Shown one piece after another: positions 61,645 through 64,000 of a stretch of DNA of 64,000 nt. Origin of the DNA: a virus (lineage: Duplodnaviria > Caudoviricetes). Under the pieces are notes generated by a model that did not search any database, was not told the DNA's origin, and saw nothing but the letters and a program-made list of their open reading frames with translations. Made by a program: the position numbers and the translations under genes. Location: the IMG/VR virus record IMGVR_UViG_3300049329_000003, positions 2,588 through 66,587 of that record. One strand, given 5' to 3'. Position 1 is the stretch's first letter. The number at the start of each line of letters is the position of its first letter.

Positions 61645-61656
61645 AATTTGTTTCAG

Positions 61657-62145
61657 CTACGCCTGGGTACTACCCTCCGTCGTACCGCCGCCTGTTTCGC
61701 CGCTGCCGGTGTCGGGCACGACGCCGTTAATGTCATCAGCGATCGCCTTCACCGTGCCTTCAATCGCGCTGATTTCGTCGTCCAGTGCGGGATTGTTAGC
61801 TTTGAGATCGGCCACCTGTTGCTGGAGCGTGTTGATACCATCTGCAATGCTGGTCAGTGCGGTGTTAACGCCCTGTAATCTCTCTTCCTGTGTTGCCATG
61901 AATTCATCTACCTTTCCATTTAGATTGTTGATTAATTCGTGAATCAGGTTTAACTCTTCCGTGTGAAAACCCTGCTGTGCGGGAACGCCACCGAGCTCCG
62001 TGAGCATTGTAATGATCGCGTCCAGCTTCTGCGAGGGGCTAACAACGCCAATCTGTCCGCCGAGTAGATTTGCCAAGTTCTCACCAACGTCGAGTGTTAG
62101 TGAGTGGCGATCTGCCTTGCGCCTGTCCCGCCCTTCCCATGCCAT
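61657..62145 (-). CDS. Coiled-coil protein with N-terminal RDRRxxDR motif
   Basis: 162 aa; possible internal start at MATQEERL. Confidence 0.7.
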   Translation of the reverse strand: MAWEGRDRRKADRHSLTLDVGENLANLLGGQIGVVSPSQKLDAIITMLTELGGVPAQQGFHTEELNLIHELINNLNGKVDEFMATQEERLQGVNTALTSIADGINTLQQQVADLKANNPALDDEISAIEGTVKAIADDINGVVPDTGSGETGGGTTEGSTQA

Positions 62146-62155
62146 TGACTGCCTC

Positions 62156-62347
62156 CTACCTCGGCACCGCGCCTTCGCTCACCGCTTTAGCCATATCGGC
62201 TAATAGTCGCGCCTGTTCCGCGTCTAGCTCAATTCCCGCCGCACGCAGTACCTCCCCGTAACTCGCCTGGGGATTTTGGTTGCGAGCATCGCCAATAGCC
62301 TTGAACACATGCGGGGCAATCAGGTTGAAAATTGCGATCCACTCCAT
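62156..62347 (-). CDS. Small amphipathic protein
   Basis: 63 aa, GGAGG RBS. Confidence 0.65.
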   Translation of the reverse strand: MEWIAIFNLIAPHVFKAIGDARNQNPQASYGEVLRAAGIELDAEQARLLADMAKAVSEGAVPR

Positions 62348-62348
62348 C

Positions 62349-62798
62349 TTAATTTCCTCCTTGTAGCGCTTCGAGGCCGGCGATCACCGTGTTCATCCCT
62401 GAGATACTATCGCGCCAGACTTTTTGTGCGCTCGCGCTCTTAATGCCGAGCAGTGTCGGATCTTGTAGCCCGCGTAAGCTGGTAATAAGTGTTCTCACTG
62501 CGGCCTGTCGCGCGGAAGGATCGGGCGTTGTGCTATTGCTATTTGCAAGTCGCGCCAACTCATCGTTGACAAAACTACGATAAGCACGGTTAGCCTCAAG
62601 CAGTTTCGCGCTGATGTCGTAGTCTTGTTGCGCCGTAAGTTCATTGCGCGCGCGAAGATCACGCTTCACATTGCCCATTGTAGTGAGCATGTCTGCGACT
62701 GTCTTCGGTTGCTGTTTCCCGCTGCACGGGCCATAGCCGAATCCTACAGTTGCGAGAAGTAGTAGGATTGTCAGTTGTGAGCGTCGTTGTCGGATCAT
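62349..62798 (-). CDS. Putative lipoprotein (spanin-like candidate)
   Basis: Basic N-terminus, hydrophobic stretch LTILLLLATVGFG, Cys at about position 25 (non-canonical lipobox YGPC). Confidence 0.6.
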   Translation of the reverse strand: MIRQRRSQLTILLLLATVGFGYGPCSGKQQPKTVADMLTTMGNVKRDLRARNELTAQQDYDISAKLLEANRAYRSFVNDELARLANSNSTTPDPSARQAAVRTLITSLRGLQDPTLLGIKSASAQKVWRDSISGMNTVIAGLEALQGGN

Positions 62799-63061
62799 TG
62801 GTTTAGGTCCTCTCTCGCGTTCTTAACATCGGAAGCCTTTGCCGCTTCTCTTACTTCGGGCTTGCTTGCGCCGCCTTGAATCCGCTCAGATAGACCGGCC
62901 ACTAACAGCCCTGCCGCAGTGACTACCAGGCCAACCCATGAATACTTAGGCGGCAGCAGGTTAAGGAAGCCTGACGCTTGCAGTGAGCCAATGAAAGCAG
63001 AAACGATTGCCAGCGCTGAAACCAGCCGCCCGATCGGGCCATAGGTAAGATTTCCATTCAT
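62795..63061 (-). CDS. Holin-like protein (two TM segments, charged C-terminal tail)
   Basis: Start ATG 63061, 8 nt after TGaTACACT; LVSALAIVSAFIGSL and WVGLVVTAAGLLVAGL. Confidence 0.7.
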   Translation of the reverse strand: MNGNLTYGPIGRLVSALAIVSAFIGSLQASGFLNLLPPKYSWVGLVVTAAGLLVAGLSERIQGGASKPEVREAAKASDVKNAREDLNQ

Positions 63062-63134
63062 AGTCGAGCAGTGTATCACTTTCGGTTTAATTATGGCGGA
63101 AAAGTTACGAAACTTAGAAATCAAGAGCGCACTG

Positions 63135-63335
63135 TCAGGCAGCACGTCTCCCACATTGCTGACGTTTAGGATTTGGAGTGAAAGCCTCTAATGCTTCTGG
63201 CGTAATCCTGTGGCTTTTGGTAACGATTTCTATTGCTTTCAGTCTCCCGGTCTTAATTGCCGCGTGAATCGCCTGCCGGGAGACTCCTTTCATCTTCGCC
63301 GCCTGGTTAACTGTAATTAAATCATCCCTTTTCAT
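63135..63335 (-). CDS. Small excisionase/MerR-like HTH protein (paralogue B)
   Basis: ITVNQAAKMKGVSRQAIHAAIKTGRL. Confidence 0.88.
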   Translation of the reverse strand: MKRDDLITVNQAAKMKGVSRQAIHAAIKTGRLKAIEIVTKSHRITPEALEAFTPNPKRQQCGRRAA

Positions 63336-63424
63336 TGGGTACTTAGAGTAACAAAAGAATACCTCTCTTTACAAGTAAAATAATACTTGACAAGTCAATT
63401 AGACGGTAGTAATATCTCTTCACC
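63336..63424. promoter_or_regulatory. Divergent sigma70 promoter pair (switch B) with palindromes
   Basis: Plus TTGACA(63387-92)-17-TAATAT-9-ATG; minus TTGTAA-18-TACTCT-9-ATG; ACTTGACAAGT and CAAGTA-N6-TACTTG palindromes. Confidence 0.8.
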
Positions 63425-63571
63425 ATGACAAACACAGAAACAAATACCCGTCAGACGCTAGAAGAACTCGCGGCGCGGATGGCTCTAGAGATAGAAGCCG
63501 GTCGGGCACAGCGCATGCGGATGTTTGCAGCCGTAAGGAAGATGAAGGCCATACTCGCCGCGCGGCGCTAA
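63425..63571 (+). CDS. 48-aa first early gene, near-leaderless
   Basis: MTNTETNTRQTLEELAARMALEIEAGRAQRMRMFAAVRKMKAILAARR. Confidence 0.6.
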   Translation: MTNTETNTRQTLEELAARMALEIEAGRAQRMRMFAAVRKMKAILAARR

Positions 63572-63582
63572 CGGGAAAGGCC

Positions 63583-64000
63583 ATGAAGACCAAACAACGA
63601 ATCTACTGCGGAGACAGAGAGCGAGGCTGCGGGAATGAGCTCACATCTGCCGATTTAGAGGCAGGCTTTTGTACGCAGTGCCACGAGCCTCTAACAGTTC
63701 CAGAGTTCCCCTTAGAGCAGGCGCTCTTAATGTCACTGAATGAGGCTGAGAGCGCGAGGGCCGCACAAACGACCCCACTTATGGAGTGCGGATGCGCCGG
63801 ATCGGCACTGCACAATAATGCGCACGACGGGCTGGAGAGCGGGCATCCATCGTGCGTCGTGCACGTGCCAGCTAAAGCGGCCTGTAATCCAGTACGGCCA
63901 TTTAGTCTTGAAGGCCGCTTTGCTAAGTGCGGTCCTCATTGTACCGTGGCACCATCTAACACGAGCTTGGCGTTCTTTGAATATCTCGGTCCTGGATCGC
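63583..64000 (+). CDS. Cys-rich hypothetical protein, runs off the window end
   Basis: GGAAAGG RBS; MKTKQRIYCG...CTQC...LAFFEYLGPGS with no stop before 64000. Confidence 0.65.
   Translation, partial: MKTKQRIYCGDRERGCGNELTSADLEAGFCTQCHEPLTVPEFPLEQALLMSLNEAESARAAQTTPLMECGCAGSALHNNAHDGLESGHPSCVVHVPAKAACNPVRPFSLEGRFAKCGPHCTVAPSNTSLAFFEYLGPGS

Larger units (their letters stand above)
1..64000. mobile_element. Tailed dsDNA phage genome (siphovirus-like), near complete, lifestyle undetermined
   Basis: Complete gene order terS-terL-portal-protease-capsid-neck-major tail-chaperone-tape measure-tail tip, plus replication, recombination and lysis-like modules; no host housekeeping genes at either end. 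Confidence 0.97.

Noticed and set aside
61460-61657. Stop-codon readthrough of the TAG at 61657 (frame stays open ~65 codons)
   Set aside because: The length is compatible with chance, there is no known readthrough context, and the region is better explained by RNA structure
1-64000. Alternative genetic code, tRNA or tmRNA genes
   Set aside because: Long genes are intact under code 11 and no cloverleaf with T-loop GTTCRA and an acceptor stem was found by eye

Overview
The whole window is a tailed dsDNA bacteriophage genome (Caudoviricetes, siphovirus-type, ~55% GC by eye). It is probably nearly complete and circularly permuted, because both ends fall inside a plus-strand run of small genes. 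No integrase, large CI-type repressor, att site, tRNA, CRISPR array, DNA polymerase, primase or recognisable endolysin is visible. The minus strand from 39052 to 1119 carries the virion operon: HTH, terS, terL, portal and head-morphogenesis genes, then an ~8 kb glycosylation island with its own XRE regulator. That island holds GT25-like and two other GT-like genes, an FkbM-like methyltransferase, GDP-L-fucose synthase, a GT11 fucosyltransferase and a GIY-YIG endonuclease. It is followed by the prohead protease, HK97-fold capsid, a GT4 glycosyltransferase, Ser/Thr-rich neck fibres, head-tail joining genes, major tail, tail chaperones, tape measure, distal tail, tail tip and LamG/beta-propeller proteins. 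The mostly plus-strand region 39144-59318 holds many small early genes and a replication/recombination block (SF3 helicase, Sak4-like ATPase, SSB-like, Cas4-like, ERCC4, RusA, DnaN clamp). It also has DNA-modification genes: a Mom-like protein and an SNF2-like helicase paired with a beta-class methyltransferase. The minus strand from 63335 to 59335 is a lysis-like membrane cassette with a holin-like gene, a lipoprotein and a stand-alone membrane-anchored PAS protein. The most interesting candidates are a phage fucosylation/glycosylation system, a possibly heme-binding TM-PAS sensor in the lysis cassette, and cassettes inserted at a duplicated methyltransferase 5' end. Also notable are a duplicated divergent HTH switch, a family of hairpins directly in front of structural genes, a non-canonical (+1/-2) tail-chaperone frameshift, a Flp-pilin-like micro-protein and a metallothionein-like micro-protein. 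All functional calls come from motif recognition by eye; no searches were run. The host is inferred to be a diderm bacterium, and Acidobacteriota is only a tentative guess.
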